Origin: Eledone cirrhosa
Lineage: Eukaryota
Assembly (NCBI GenBank): GCA_964016885.1
Contig: OZ024743.1
Span: 335,730,001 to 335,794,000 of the forward strand
DNA: 64,000 nt
Direction of reading: 5' to 3'
Positions 38,700 to 53,600 of the stretch are shown here, in pieces. Every line of letters begins with the position of its first letter. Position 1 is the stretch's first letter. The notes under the pieces are model-generated. The model did no database searches. It was given only the letters and a program-made list of their open reading frames with translations, and had not been told where the DNA came from. The position numbers and the translations under genes are program-made.

Positions 38700-41600
38700 G
38701 CTGGTAGTAACATGATTGCTATTGTTGTTATTGCTGGTGGTGTCAGTGATGGTGGGGATGGTAGCTATGGTGATGTAGCTGGTAGTAACATGATTGCAAT
38801 TGTTGTTATTGCTGGTGGTATCGGTGATGGTGGGGATGGTAGCTATGGTGATGTAGCTGCTAGCAACATGATTGCTATTGTTGTTATTGCTGGTGGTGTC
38901 AGTGATGGTGGGGATGGTAGCTATGGTGATGTAGCTACTAGCAACATGATTGCTATTGTTGTTATTGCTGGTGTCTGTGATGGTGGGGATGGTAGCTATG
39001 GTGATGTAGCTGCTAGTAACATGATTGCTATTGTTGTTATTGCTGGTGGTGTCAGTGATGGTGGGGATGGTAGCTATGGTGATGTAGCTGCTAGCAACAT
39101 GATTGCTATTGTTGTTATTGCTGGTGGTGTCAGTGATGGTGGGGATGGTAGCTATGGTGATGTAGCTGGTAGTAACATGATTGCTATTGTTGTTATTGCT
39201 GGTGGTGTCAGTGATTGTGGGGATGGTAGCTATGGTGATGTAGCTGGTAGTAATATGATTGCTATTGTTGTTATTGCTGGTGGTGTCAGTGATGGTGGGG
39301 ATGGTAGCTATGGTGATGTAGCTGGTAGTAACATGATTGCTATTGTTGTTATTGCTTGTGGTGTCAGTGATGGTGGGGATGGTAGCTATGGTGATGTAGC
39401 TGGTAGTAATATGATTGCTATTGTTGTTATTGCTGGTGGTGTCAGTGATTGTGGGGATGGTAGCTATGGTGATGTAGCTGGTAGTAATATGATTGCTATT
39501 ATTGTTATTGCTGGTGGTGTCACTGATGGTGGGGATGGTAGCTATGGTGATGTAGCTGGTAGTAACATGATTGCTATTGTTGTTATTGCTGGTGGTGTCA
39601 GTGATGGTGGGGATGGTAGCTATGGTGATGTAGCTGGTAGTAACATGATTGCTATTGTTGTTATTGCTTGTGGTGTCAGTGATGGTGGGGATTGTAGCTA
39701 TGGTGATGTAGCTGGTAGTAACATGATTGCTATTGTTGTTATTGCTGGTGGTGTCAGTGATGGTGGGGATGGTAGCTATGGTGATGTAGCTGGTAGTAAC
39801 ATGATTGCTATTGTTGTTATCGCTGGTGGTGTGAGTGATGGTGGGGATGGTAGCTATGGTGATGTAGCTGGTAGTAACATGATTGCTATTGTTGTTATCG
39901 CTGGTGGTGTCAGTGATGGTGGGGATGGTAGCCATGGTGATGTAGCTGCTAGCAACATGATTGCTATTGTTGTTGTTGCTGGTGGTGTCAGTGATGGTGG
40001 GGATGGTAGCTATGGTGATGTAGCTTGTAGTAACATGATTGCTATTGTTGTTATTGCTGGTGGTGTCAGTGATGGTGGGGATGGTAGCCATGGTGATGTA
40101 GCTGCTAGCAACATGATTGCTATTGTTGTTGTTGCTGGTGGTGTCAGTGATTGTGGGGATGGTAGCTATGGTGATGTAGCTGGTAGTAACATGATTGCTA
40201 TTGTTGTTATTGCTGGTGGTGTCAGTATTGGTGGGGATGGTAGCTATGGTGATGTAGCTGGTAGTAACTTGATTGCTATTGTTGTTATTGCTGGTGTTGT
40301 CAGTGATTGTGGGGATGGTAGCTATGGTGATGTATCTGGTAGTAACATGATTGCTATTGTTGTTATTGCTGGTGGTGTCAGTGATGGAGGGGATGGTAGC
40401 TATGGTGATGTAGCTGATAGTAACATGATTGCTATTGTTGTTATTGCTGGTGGTGTCAGTGATGGTGGGGATGGTAGCTATGGTGATGTAGCTTGTAGTA
40501 ACATGATTGCTATTGTTGTTATTGCTGGTGTCTGTGATGGTGGGGATGGTAGCTATGGTGATGTAGCTGGTAGTAACATGATTGCTATTGTTGTTATAGC
40601 TGGTGGTGTCAGTGATGGTCGGGATGGTAGCTATGGTGATGTAGCTGCTAGCAACATGATTGCTATTGTTGTTATTGCTGGTGGTGTCAGTGATGGTGGG
40701 GATGGTAGCTATGGTGATGTAGCTGCTAGCAACATGATTGCTATTGTTGTTATTGCTGGTGGTGTCAGAGATGGTGGGGATGGTAGCTATGGTGATGTAG
40801 CTGGTAGTAACATGATTGCTATTGTTGTTATTGCTGGTGGTGTCAGTAATGGTGGGGATGGTAGCTATGGTGATGTAGCTGGTAGTAACTTGATTGCTAT
40901 TGTTGTTATTGCTGGTGTTGTCAGTGATTGTGGGGATGGTAGCTATGGTGATGTAGCTGGTAGTAACATGATTGCTATTGTTGTTATTGCTGGTGGTGTC
41001 AGTGATGGAGGGGATGGTAGCTATGGTGATGTAGCTGGTAGTAACTTGATTGCTATTGTTGTTATTGCTGGTGGTGTCAGTGATGGAGAGGATGGTAGCT
41101 ATGGTGATGTAGCTGGTAGTAACATGATTGCTATTGTTGTTATTGCTGGTGGTGTCAGTGATTGTGGGGATGGTAGCTATGGTGATGTAGCTGGTAGTAA
41201 CATGATTGCTATTGTTGTTATCGCTGGTGGTGTGAGTGATGGTGGGGATGGTAGCTATGGTGATGTAGCTGGTAGTAACATGATTGCTATTGTTGTTATC
41301 GCTGGTGGTGTCAGTGATGGTGGGGATGGTAGCCATGGTGATGTAGCTGCTAGCAACATGATTGCTATTGTTGTTATTGCTGGTGGTGTCAGTGATGGTG
41401 GGGATGGTAGCTATGGTGATGTAGCTTGTAGTAACATGATTGCTATTGTTGTTATTGCTGGTGGTGTCAGTGATTGGGGGGATGGTAGCTATGGTGATGT
41501 AGCTGGTAGTAACATGATTGCTATTGTTGTTATTGCTGGTGGTGTCAGTGATGGTGGGGATGGTAGCTATGGTGATGTAGCTGGTAGTAACATGATTGCT

Positions 41601-44600
41601 ATTGTTGTTATTGCTGGTGGTGTCAGTGATTGTGGGGATGGTAGCTATGGTGATGTAGCTGTTAGTAACATGATTGCTATTGTTGTTATCGCTGGTGGTG
41701 TCAGTGATTGTGGGGATGGTAGCTATGGTGATGTAGCTGGTAGTAACATGATTGCTATTGTTGTTATTGCTGGTCGTGTCAGTGATGGTGGGGATGGTAG
41801 CTATGGTGATGTAGCTGGTAGTAACATGATTGCTATTGTTGTTATTGCTGGTGGTGTCAGTGATTGTGGGGATGGTAGCTATGGTGATGTAGCTGGTAGT
41901 AACATGATTGCTATTGTTGTTATTGCTGATGGTGTCAGTGATGGTGGGGATGGTAGCTATGGTGATGTAGCTTGTAGTAACATGATTGCTATTGTTGTTA
42001 TTGCTGGTGTCTGTGATGGTGGGGATGGTAGCTATGGTGATGTAGCTGGTAGTAACATGATTGCTATTGTTGTTATAGCTGGTGGTGTCAGTGATGGTCG
42101 GGATGGTAGCTATGGTGATGTAGCTGCTAGCAACATGATTGCTATTGTTGTTATTGCTGGTGGTGTCAGTGATGGTGGGGACGGTAGCTATGGTGATGTA
42201 GCTGCTAGCAACATGATTGCTATTGTTGTTATTGCTGGTGGTGTCAGTGATTGTGGGGATGGTAGCTATGGTGATGTAGCTTGTAGTAACATGATTGCTA
42301 TTGTTGTTATTGCTGGTGTCTGTGATGGTGGGGATGGTAGCTATGGTGATGTAGCTGGTAGTAACATGATTGCTATTGTTGTTATTGCTGGTGGTGTCAG
42401 TGATAGAGGGGATGGTAGCTATGGTGATGTAGCTGGTAGTAACTTGATTGCTATTGTTGTTATAGCTGGTGGTATCAGTGATGGTGGGGATGGTAGCTAT
42501 GGTGATGTAGCTGCTAGCAACATGATTGCTATTGTTGTTATTGCTGGTGGTGTCAGTGATGGTGGGGATGGTAGCTATGGTGATGTAGCTGGTAGTAACT
42601 TGATTGCTATTGTTGTTATTGCTGGTGGTGTCCGTGATAGAGGTGATGGTAGCTATGGTGATGTAGCTGGTAGTAACTTGATTGCTATTGTTGTTATTGC
42701 TGGTGGTGTCAGTGATGGTGGGGATGGTAGCTATGGTGATGTAGCTGGTAGTAACTTGATTGCTATCGTTGTTATTGCTGGTGGTGTCAGTGATGGTGGG
42801 GATGGTAGCTATGGTGATGTAGCTGGTAGTAACTTGATTGCTATTTTGTTGTTATTGCTGGTGGTGTCAGTGATGGAGGGGATGGTAGCTATGGTGATGT
42901 AGCTGGTAGTAACTTGATTGCTATTGTTGTTATTGCTGGTGGTGTCAGTGATGGTGGGGATGGTAGCTATGGTGATGTAGCTGGTAGTAACATGATTGCT
43001 ATTGTTGTTATTGCTGGTGGTGTCAGTGATGGTGGGGATGGTAGCTATGGTGATGTAGCTTGTAGTAACATGATTGCTATTGTTGTTATTGCTGGTGGTG
43101 TCAGTGATTGTGGGGATGGTAGCTATGGTGATGTAGCTGGTAGTAACATGATGCTATTGTTGTTATTGCTGGTGGTGTCAGTGATGGTGGGGATGGTAGC
43201 TATGGTGATGTAGCAGGTAGTAACATGATTGCTATTTTGTTATTGCTGGTGGTGTCAGTGATTGTGGGGATGGTAGCTATGGTGATGTAGCTGGTAGTAA
43301 CATGATTGCTATTGTTGTTATTGCTGGTGGTGTCAGTGATGGTGGGGATGGTAGCTATGGTGATGTAGCTGGTAGTAACATGATTGCAATTGTTGTTATT
43401 GCTGGTGGTATCGGTGATGGTGGGGATGGTAGCTATGGTGATGTAGCTGCTAGCAACATGATTGCTATTGTTGTTATTGCTGGTGGTGTCAGAGATGGTG
43501 GGGATGGTAGCTATGGTGATGTAGCTACTAGCAACATGATTGCTATTGTTGTTATTGCTGGTGTCTGTGATGGTGGGGATGGTAGCTATGGTGATGTAGC
43601 TGCTAGTAACATGATTGCTATTGTTGTTATTGCTGGTGGTGTCAGTGATGGTGGGGATGGTAGCTATGGTGATGTAGCTGCTAGCAACATGATTGCTATT
43701 GTTGTTATTGCTGGTGGTGTCAGAGATGGTGGGGATGGTAGCTATGGTGATGTAGCTGGTAGTAACATGATTGCTATTGTTGTTATTGCTGGTGGTGTCA
43801 GTAATGGTGGGGATGGTAGCTATGGTGATGTAGCTGGTAGTAACTTGATTGCTATTGTTGTTATTGCTGGTGTTGTCAGTGATTGTGGGGATGGTAGCTA
43901 TGGTGATGTAGCTGGTAGTAACATGATTGCTATTGTTGTTATTGCTGGTGGTGTCAGTGATGGAGGGGATGGTAGCTATGGTGATGTAGCTGGTAGTAAC
44001 TTGATTGCTATTGTTGTTATTGCTGGTGGTGTCAGTGATGGAGAGGATGTTAGCTATGGTGATGTAGCTGGTAGTAACATGATTGCTATTGTTGTTATTG
44101 CTGGTGGTGTCAGTGATGGTGGGGATGGTAGCTATGGTGATGTAGCTGGTAGTAACATGATTGCTATTGTTGTTATCGCTGGTGGTGTGAGTGATGGTGG
44201 GGATGGTAGCTATGGTGATGTAGCTGGTAGTAACATGATTGCTATTGTTGTTATCGCTGGTGGTGTCAGTGATGGTGGGGATGGTAGCCATGGTGATGTA
44301 GCTGCTAGCAACATGATTGCTATTGTTGTTATTGCTGGTGGTGTCAGTGATGGTGGGGATGGTAGCTATGGTGATGTAGCTTGTAGTAACATGATTGCTA
44401 TTGTTGTTATTGCTGGTGGTGTCAGTGATTGGGGGGATGGTAGCTATGGTGATGTAGCTGGTAGTAACATGATTGCTATTGTTGTTATTGCTGGTGGTGT
44501 CAGTGATGGTGGGGATGGTAGCTATGGTGATGTAGCTGCTATCAACATGATTGCTATTGTTGTTATTGCTGGTGGTGTCAGAGATGGTGGGGATGGTAGC

Positions 44601-47600
44601 TATGGTGATGTAGCTGGTAGTAACATGATTGCTATTGTTGTTATTGTTGGTGGTGTCAGTAATGGTGGGGATGGTAGCTATGGTGATGTAGCTGGTAGTA
44701 ACTTGATTGCTATTGTTGTTATTGCTGGTGTTGTCAGTGATTGTGGGGATGGTAGCTATGGTGATGTAGCTGGTAGTAACATGATTGCTATTGTTGTTAT
44801 TGCTGGTGGTGTCAGTGATGGTGGGGATGGTAGCTATGGTGATGTAGCTTGTAGTAACATGATTGCTATTGTTGTTATTGCTGGTGGTGTCAGTGATTGG
44901 GGGGATGGTAGCTATGGTGATGTAGCTGGTAGTAACATGATTGCTATTGTTGTTATTGCTGGTGGTGTCAGTGATGGTGGGGATGGTAGCTATGGTGATG
45001 TAGCTGGTAGTAACATGATTGCTATTGTTGTTATTGCTGGTGGTGTCAGTGATTGTGGGGATGGTAGCTATGGTGATGTAGCTGGTAGTAACATGATTGC
45101 TATTGTTGTTATCGCTGGTGGTGTCAGTGATTGTGGGGATGGTAGCTATGGTGATGTAGCTGGTAGTAACATGATTGCTATTGTTGTTATTGCTGGTCGT
45201 GTCAGTGATGGTGGGGATGGTAGCTATGGTGATGTAGCTGGTAGTAACATGATTGCTATTGTTGTTATTGCTGGTGGTGTCAGTGATTGTGGGGATGGTA
45301 GCTATGGTGATGTAGCTGGTAGTAACATGATTGCTATTGTTGTTATTGCTGATGGTGTCAGTGATGGTGGGGATGGTAGCTATGGTGATGTAGCTTGTAG
45401 TAACATGATTGCTATTGTTGTTATTGCTGGTGTCTGTGATGGTGGGGATGGTAGCTATGGTGATGTAGCTGGTAGTAACATGATTGCTATTGTTGTTATA
45501 GCTGGTGGTGTCAGTAATGGTCGGGATGGTAGCTATGGTGATGTAGCTGCTAGCAACATGATTGCTATTGTTGTTATTGCTGGTGGTGTCAGTGATGGTG
45601 GGGATGGTAGCTATGGTGATGTAGCTGCTAGCAACATGATTGCTATTGTTGTTATTGCTGGTGGTGTCAGTGATGGTGGGGATGGTAGCTATGGTGATGT
45701 AGCTGGTAGTAACATGATTGCTATTGTTGTTATTGCTGATGGTGTCAGTGATGGTGGGGATGGTAGCTATGGTGATGTAGCTTGTAGTAACATGATTGCT
45801 ATTGTTGTTATTGCTGGTGTCTGTGATGGTGGGGATGGTAGCTATGGTGATGTAGCTGGTAGTAACATGATTGCTATTGTTGTTATTGCTGGTGGTGTCA
45901 GTGATAGAGGGGATGGTAGCTATGGTGATGTAGCTGGTAGTAACTTGATTGCTATTGTTGTTATAGCTGGTGGTATCAGTGATGGTGGGGATGGTAGCTA
46001 TGGTGATGTAGCTGCTAGCAACATGATTGCTATTGTTGTTATTGCTGGTGGTGTCAGTGATGGTGGGGATGGTAGCTATGGTGATGTAGCTGGTAGTAAC
46101 TTGATTGCTATCTTTGTTATTGCTGGTGGTGTCAGTGATGGTGGGGATGGTAGCTATGGTGATGTAGCTGGTAGTAACTTGATTGCTATTGTTGTTATTG
46201 CTGGTGGTGTCAGTGATAGAGGTGATGGTAGCTATGGTGATGTAGCTGGTAGTAACTTGATTGCTATCGTTGTTATTGCTGGTGGTGTCAGTGATGGTGG
46301 GGATGGTAGCTATGGTGATGTAGCTGGTAGTAACTTGATTGCTATTTTGTTGTTTTTGCTGGTGGTGTCAGTGATGGAGGGGATGGTAGCTATGGTGATG
46401 TAGATGGTAGTAACTTGATTGCTATTGTTGTTATTGCTGGTGGTGTCAGTGATGGTGGGGATGGTAGCTATGGTGATGTAGCTGGTAGTAACATGATTGC
46501 TATTGTTGTTATTGCTGGTGGTGTCAGTGATGGTGGGGATGGTAGCTATGGTGATGTAGCTTGTAGTAACATGATTGCTATTGTTGTTATTGCTGGTGGT
46601 GTCAGTGATTGTGGGGATGGTAGCTATGGTGATGTAGCTGGTAGTAACATGATGCTATTGTTGTTATTGCTGGTGGTGTTAGTGATGGTGGGGATGGTAG
46701 CTATGGTGATGTAGCAGGTAGTAACATGATTGCTATTTTGTTATTGCTGGTGGTGTCAGAGATTGTGGGGATGGTAGCTATGGTGATGTAGCTGGTAGTA
46801 ACATGATTGCTATTGTTGTTATTGCTGGTGGTGTCAGTGATGGTGGGGATGGTAGCTATGGTGATGTAGCTGGTAGTAACATGATTGCAATTGTTGTTAT
46901 TGCTGGTGGTATCGGTGATGGTGGGGATGGTAGCTATGGTGATGTAGCTGCTAGTAACATGATTGCTATTGTTGTTATTGCTGGTGGTGTCAGTGATGGT
47001 GGGGATGGTAGCTATGGTGATGTAGCTGCTAGCAACATGATTGCTACTGTTGTTATTGCTGGTGGTGTCAGTGATGGTGGGGATGGTAGCTATGGTGATG
47101 TAGCTGGTAGTAACATGATTGCTATTGTTGTTATTGCTGGTGATGTCAGTGATTGTGGGGATGGTAGCTATGGTGATGTAGCTGGTAGTAATATGATTGC
47201 TATTGTTGTTATTGCTGGTGGTGTCAGTGATGGTGGGGATGGTAGCTATGGTGATGTAGCTGGTAGTAACATGATTGCTATTGTTGTTATTGCTTGTGGT
47301 GTCAGTGATGGTGGGGATGGTAGCTATGGTGATGTAGCTGGTAGTAATATGATTGCTATTGTTGTTATTGCTGGTGGTGTCAGTGATTGTGGGGATGGTA
47401 GCTATGGTGATGTAGCTGGTAGTAATATGATTGCTATTGTTGTTATTGCTGGTGGTGTCACTGATGGTGGGGATGGTAGCTATGGTGATGTAGCTGTTAG
47501 CAACATGATTGCTATTGTTGTTATTGCTTGTGGTGTCAGTGATGGTGGGGATTGTAGCTATGGTGATGTAGCTGGTAGTAACATGATTGCTATTGTTGTT

Positions 47601-50600
47601 ATTGCTGGTGGTGTCAGTGATGGTGGGGATGGTAGCTATGGTGATGTAGCTGGTAGTAACATGATTGCTATTGTTGTTATCGCTGGTGGTGTGAGTGATG
47701 GTGGGGATGGTAGCTATGGTGATGTAGCTGGTAGTAACATGATTGCTATTGTTGTTATCGCTGGTGGTGTCAGTGATGGTGGGGATGGTAGCCATGGTGA
47801 TGTAGCTGCTAGCAACATGATTGCTATTGTTGTTGTTGCTGGTGGTGTCAGTGATGGTGGGGATGGTAGCTATGGTGATGTAGCTTGTAGTAACATGATT
47901 GCTATTGTTGTTATTGCTGGTGGTGTCAGTGATGGTGGGGATGGTAGCCATGGTGATGTAGCTGCTAGCAACATGATTGCTATTGTTGTTGTTGCTGGTG
48001 GTGTCAGTGATTGTGGGGATGGTAGCTATGGTGATGTAGCTGGTAGTAACATGATTGCTATTGTTGTTATTGCTGGTGGTGTCAGTATTGGTGGGGATGG
48101 TAGCTATGGTGATGTAGCTGCTAGCAACATGATTGCTATTGTTGTTATTGCTGGTGTTGTCAGTGATTGTGGGGATGGTAGCTATGGTGATGTATCTGGT
48201 AGTAACATGATTGCTATTGTTGTTATTGCTGGTGGTGTCAGTGATGGAGGGGATGGTAGCTATGGTGATGTAGCTGATAGTAACTTGATTGCTATTGTTG
48301 TTATTGCTGGTGGTGTCAGTGATGGAGAGGATGGTAGCTATGGTGATGTAGCTGGTAGTAACATGATTGCTATTGTTGTTATTGCTGGTGGTGTCAGTGA
48401 TGGTGGGGATGGTAGCTATGGTGATGTAGCTGGTAGTAACTTGATTGCTATTGTTGTTATTGCTGGTGTTGTCAGTGATTGTGGGGATGGTAGCTATGGT
48501 GATGTATCTGGTAGTAACATGATTGCTATTGTTGTTATTGCTAGTGGTGTCAGTGATGGAGGGGATGGTAGCTATGGTGATGTAGCTGATAGTAACTTGA
48601 TTGCTATTGTTGTTATTGCTGGTGGTGTCAGTGATGGAGAGGATGGTAGCTATGGTGATGTAGCTGGTAGTAACATGATTGCTATTGTTGTTATTGCTGG
48701 TGGTGTCAGTGATGGTGGGGATGGTAGCTATGGTGATGTAGCTGCTAGCAACATGATTGCTATTGTTGTTATTGCTGTTGGTGTCAGTGATGGTGGGGAT
48801 GGTGGCTATGGTGATGTAGCTGGTTGTAACATGATTGCTATTGTTGTTATTGCTGGTGGTGTCAGTGATGGTGGGGATGGTAGCTATGGTGATGTAGCTG
48901 GTAGTAACATGATTGCTATTGTTGTTATTGCTGGTGGTGTCAGTGATGGTGGGGATGGTAGCTATGGTGATGTAGCTGGTAGTAACATGATTGCTATTGT
49001 TGTTATTGCTGGTGTTGTCAGTGATTGTGGGGATGGTAGCTATGGTGATGTAGCTGGTAGTAACATGATTGCTATTGTTGTTATTGCTGGTGGTGTCAGT
49101 GATGGAGGGGATGGTAGCTATGGTGATGTAGCTGGTAGTAACATGATTGCTATTGTTGTTATTGCTGGTGGTGTCAGTGATTGTGGGGATGGTAGCTATG
49201 GTGATGTAGCTGGTAGTAACATGATTGCTATTGTTGTTATCGCTGGTGGTGTCAGTGATGGTGGGGATGGTAGCTATGGTGATGTAGCTGGTAGTAACAT
49301 GATTGCTATTGTTGTTATCGCTGGTGGTGTCAGTGATGGTGGGGATGGTAGCCATGGTGATGTAGCTGCTAGCAACATGATTGCTATTGTTGTTATTGCT
49401 GGTGGTGTCAGTGATGGTGGGGATGGTAGCTATGGTGATGTAGCTTGTAGTAACATGATTGCTATTGTTGTTATTGCTGGTGGTGTCAGTGATTGGGGGG
49501 ATGGTAGCTATGGTGATGTAGCTGGTAGTAACATGATTGCTATTGTTGTTATTGCTGGTGGTGTCAGTGATGGTGGGGATGGTAGCTATGGTGATGTAGC
49601 TGGTAGTAACATGATTGCTATTGTTGTTATTGCTGGTGGTGTCAGTGATTGTGGGGATGGTAGCTATGGTGATGTAGCTGTTAGTAACATGATTGCTATT
49701 GTTGTTATCGCTGGTGGTGTCAGTGATTGTGGGGATGGTAGCTATGGTGATGTAGCTGGTAGTAACATGATTGCTATTGTTGTTATTGCTGGTCGTGTCA
49801 GTGATGGTGGGGATGGTAGCTATGGTGATGTAGCTGGTAGTAACATGATTGCTATTGTTGTTATTGCTGGTGGTGTCAGTGATTGTGGGGATGGTAGCTA
49901 TGGTGATGTAGCTGGTAGTAACATGATTGCTATTGTTGTTATTGCTGATGGTGTCAGTGATGGTGGGGATGGTAGCTATGGTGATGTAGCTTGTAGTAAC
50001 ATGATTGCTATTGTTGTTATAGCTGGTGGTGTCAGTGATGGTCGGGATGGTAGCTATGGTGATGTAGCTGCTAGCAACATGATTGCTATTGTTGTTATTG
50101 CTGGTGGTGTCAGTGATGGTGGGGATGGTAGCTATGGTGATGTAGCTGCTAGCAACATGATTGCTATTGTTGTTATTGCTGGTGGTGTCAGTGATTGTGG
50201 GGATGGTAGCTATGGTGATGTAGCTTGTAGTAACATGATTGCTATTGTTGTTATTGCTGGTGTCTGTGATGGTGGGGATGGTAGCTATGGTGATGTAGCT
50301 GGTAGTAACATGATTGCTATTGTTGTTATTGCTGGTGGTGTCAGTGATAGAGGGGATGGTAGCTATGGTGATGTAGCTGGTAGTAACTTGATTGCTATTG
50401 TTGTTATTGCTGGTGGTGTCAGTGATGGTGGGGATGGTAGCTATGGTGATGTAGCTGCTAGCAACATGATTGCTATTGTTGTTATTGCTGGTGGTGTCAG
50501 TGATGGTGGGGATGGTAGCTATGGTGATGTAGCTGGTAGTAACGTGATTGCTATTGTTGTTATTGCTGGTGGTGTCAGTGATAGAGGTGATGGTAGCTAT

Positions 50601-53600
50601 GGTGATGTAGCTGGTAGTAACTTGATTGCTATTGTTGTTATTGCTGGTGGTGTCAGTGATGGTGGGGATGGTAGCTATGGTGATGTAGCTGGTAGTAACT
50701 TGATTGCTATCGTTGTTATTGCTGGTGGTGTCAGTGATGGTGGGGATGGTAGCTATGGTGATGTAGCTGGTAGTAACTTGATTGCTATTTTGTTGTTATT
50801 GCTGGTGGTGTCAGTGATGGAGGGGATGGTAGCTATGGTGATGTAGCTGGTAGTAACTTGATTGCTATTGTTGTTATTGCTGGTGGTGTCAGTGATGGTG
50901 GGGATGGTAGCTATGGTGATGTAGCTGGTAGTAACATGATTGCTATTGTTGTTATTGCTGGTGGTGTCAGTGATGGTGGGGATGGTAGCTATGGTGATGT
51001 AGCTTGTAGTAACATGATTGCTATTGTTGTTATTGCTGGTGGTGTCAGTGATTGTGGGGATGGTAGCTATGGTGATGTAGCTGGTAGTAACATGATGCTA
51101 TTGTTGTTATTGCTGGTGGTGTCAGTGATGGTGGGCATGGTAGCTATGGTGATGTAGCAGGTAGTAACATGATTGCTATTTTGTTATTGCTGGTGGTGTC
51201 AGTGATTGTGGGGATGGTAGCTATGGTGATGTAGCTGGTAGTAACATGATTGCTATTGTTGTTATTGCTGGTGGTGTCAGTGATGGTGGGGATGGTAGCT
51301 ATGGTGATGTAGCTGGTAGTAACATGATTGCAATTGTTGTTATTGCTGGTGGTATCGGTGATGGTGGGGATGGTAGCTATGGTGATGTAGCTGCTAGCAA
51401 CATGATTGCTATTGTTGTTATTGCTGGTGGTGTCAGAGATGGTGGGGATGGTAGCTATGGTGATGTAGCTACTAGCAACATGATTGCTATTGTTGTTATT
51501 GCTGGTGTCTGTGATGGTGGGGATGGTAGCTATGGTGATGTAGCTGCTAGTAACATGATTGCTATTGTTGTTATTGCTGGTGGTGTCAGTGATGGTGGGG
51601 ATGGTAGCTATGGTGATGTAGCTGCTAGCAACATGATTGCTATTGTTGTTATTGCTGGTGGTGTCAGAGATGGTGGGGATGGTAGCTATGGTGATGTAGC
51701 TGGTAGTAACATGATTGCTATTGTTGTTATTGCTGGTGGTGTCAGTAATGGTGGGGATGGTAGCTATGGTGATGTAGCTGGTAGTAACTTGATTGCTATT
51801 GTTGTTATTGCTGGTGTTGTCAGTGATTGTGGGGATGGTAGCTATGGTGATGTAGCTGGTAGTAACATGATTGCTATTGTTGTTATTGCTGGTGGTGTCA
51901 GTGATGGAGGGGATGGTAGCTATGGTGATGTAGCTGGTAGTAACTTGATTGCTATTGTTGTTATTGCTGGTGGTGTCAGTGATGGAGAGGATGTTAGCTA
52001 TGGTGATGTAGCTGGTAGTAACATGATTGCTATTGTTGTTATTGCTGGTGGTGTCAGTGATGGTGGGGATGGTAGCTATGGTGATGTAGCTGGTAGTAAC
52101 ATGATTGCTATTGTTGTTATCGCTGGTGGTGTGATTGATGGTGGGGATGGTAGCTATGGTGATGTAGCTGGTAGTAACATGATTGCTATTGTTGTTATCG
52201 CTGGTGGTGTCAGTGATGGTGGGGATGGTAGCCATGGTGATGTAGCTGCTAGCAACATGATTGCTATTGTTGTTATTGCTGGTGGTGTCAGTGATGGTGG
52301 GGATGGTAGCTATGGTGATGTAGCTTGTAGTAACATGATTGCTATTGTTGTTATTGCTGGTGGTGTCAGTGATTGGGGGGATGGTAGCTATGGTGATGTA
52401 GCTGGTAGTAACATGATTGCTATTGTTGTTATTGCTGGTGGTGTCAGTGATGGTGGGGATGGTAGCTATGGTGATGTAGCTGCTATCAACATGATTGCTA
52501 TTGTTGTTATTGCTGGTGGTGTCAGAGATGGTGGGGATGGTAGCTATGGTGATGTAGCTGGTAGTAACATGATTGCTATTGTTGTTATTGTTGGTGGTGT
52601 CAGTAATGGTGGGGATGGTAGCTATGGTGATGTAGCTGGTCGTAACTTGATTGCTATTGTTGTTATTGCTGGTGTTGTCAGTGATTGTGGGGATGGTAGC
52701 TATGGTGATGTAGCTGGTAGTAACATGATTGCTATTGTTGTTATTGCTGGTGGTGTCAGTGATGGAGGGGATGGTAGCTATGGTGATGTAGCTGGTAGTA
52801 ACTTGATTGCTATTGTTGTTATTGCTGGTGGAGTCAGTGATGGAGAGGATGGTAGCTATGGTGATGTAGCTGGTAGTAACATGATTGCTATTGTTGTTAT
52901 TGCTGGTGGTGTCAGTGATGGTGGGGATGGTAGCTATGGTGATGTAGCTGGTAGTAACATGATTGCTATTGTTGTTATCGCTGGTGGTGTGAGTGATGGT
53001 GGGGATGGTAGCTATGGTGATGTAGCTGGTAGTAACATGATTGCTATTGATGTTATCGCTGGTGGTGTCAGTGATGGTGGGGATGGTAGCCATGGTGATG
53101 TAGCTGCTAGCAACATGATTGCTATTGTTGTTATTGCTGGTGGTGTCAGTGATGGTGGGGATGGTAGCTATGGTGATGTAGCTTGTAGTAACATGATTGC
53201 TATTGTTGTTATTGCTGGTGGTGTCAGTGATTGTGGGGATGGTAGCTATGGTGATGTAGCTGGTAGTAACATGATTGCTATTGTTGTTATCGCTGGTGGT
53301 GTCAGTGATTGTGGGGATGGTAGCTATGGTGATGTAGCTGGTAGTAACATGATTGCTATTGTTGTTATTGCTGGTCGTGTCAGTGATGGTGGGGATGGTA
53401 GCTATGGTGATGTAGCTGGTAGTAACATGATTGCTATTGTTGTTATTGCTGGTGGTGTCAGTGATTGTGGGGATGGTAGCTATGGTGATGTAGCTGGTAG
53501 TAACATGATTGCTATTGTTGTTATTGCTGATGGTGTCAGTGATGGTGGGGATGGTAGCTATGGTGATGTAGCTTGTAGTAACATGATTGCTATTGTTGTT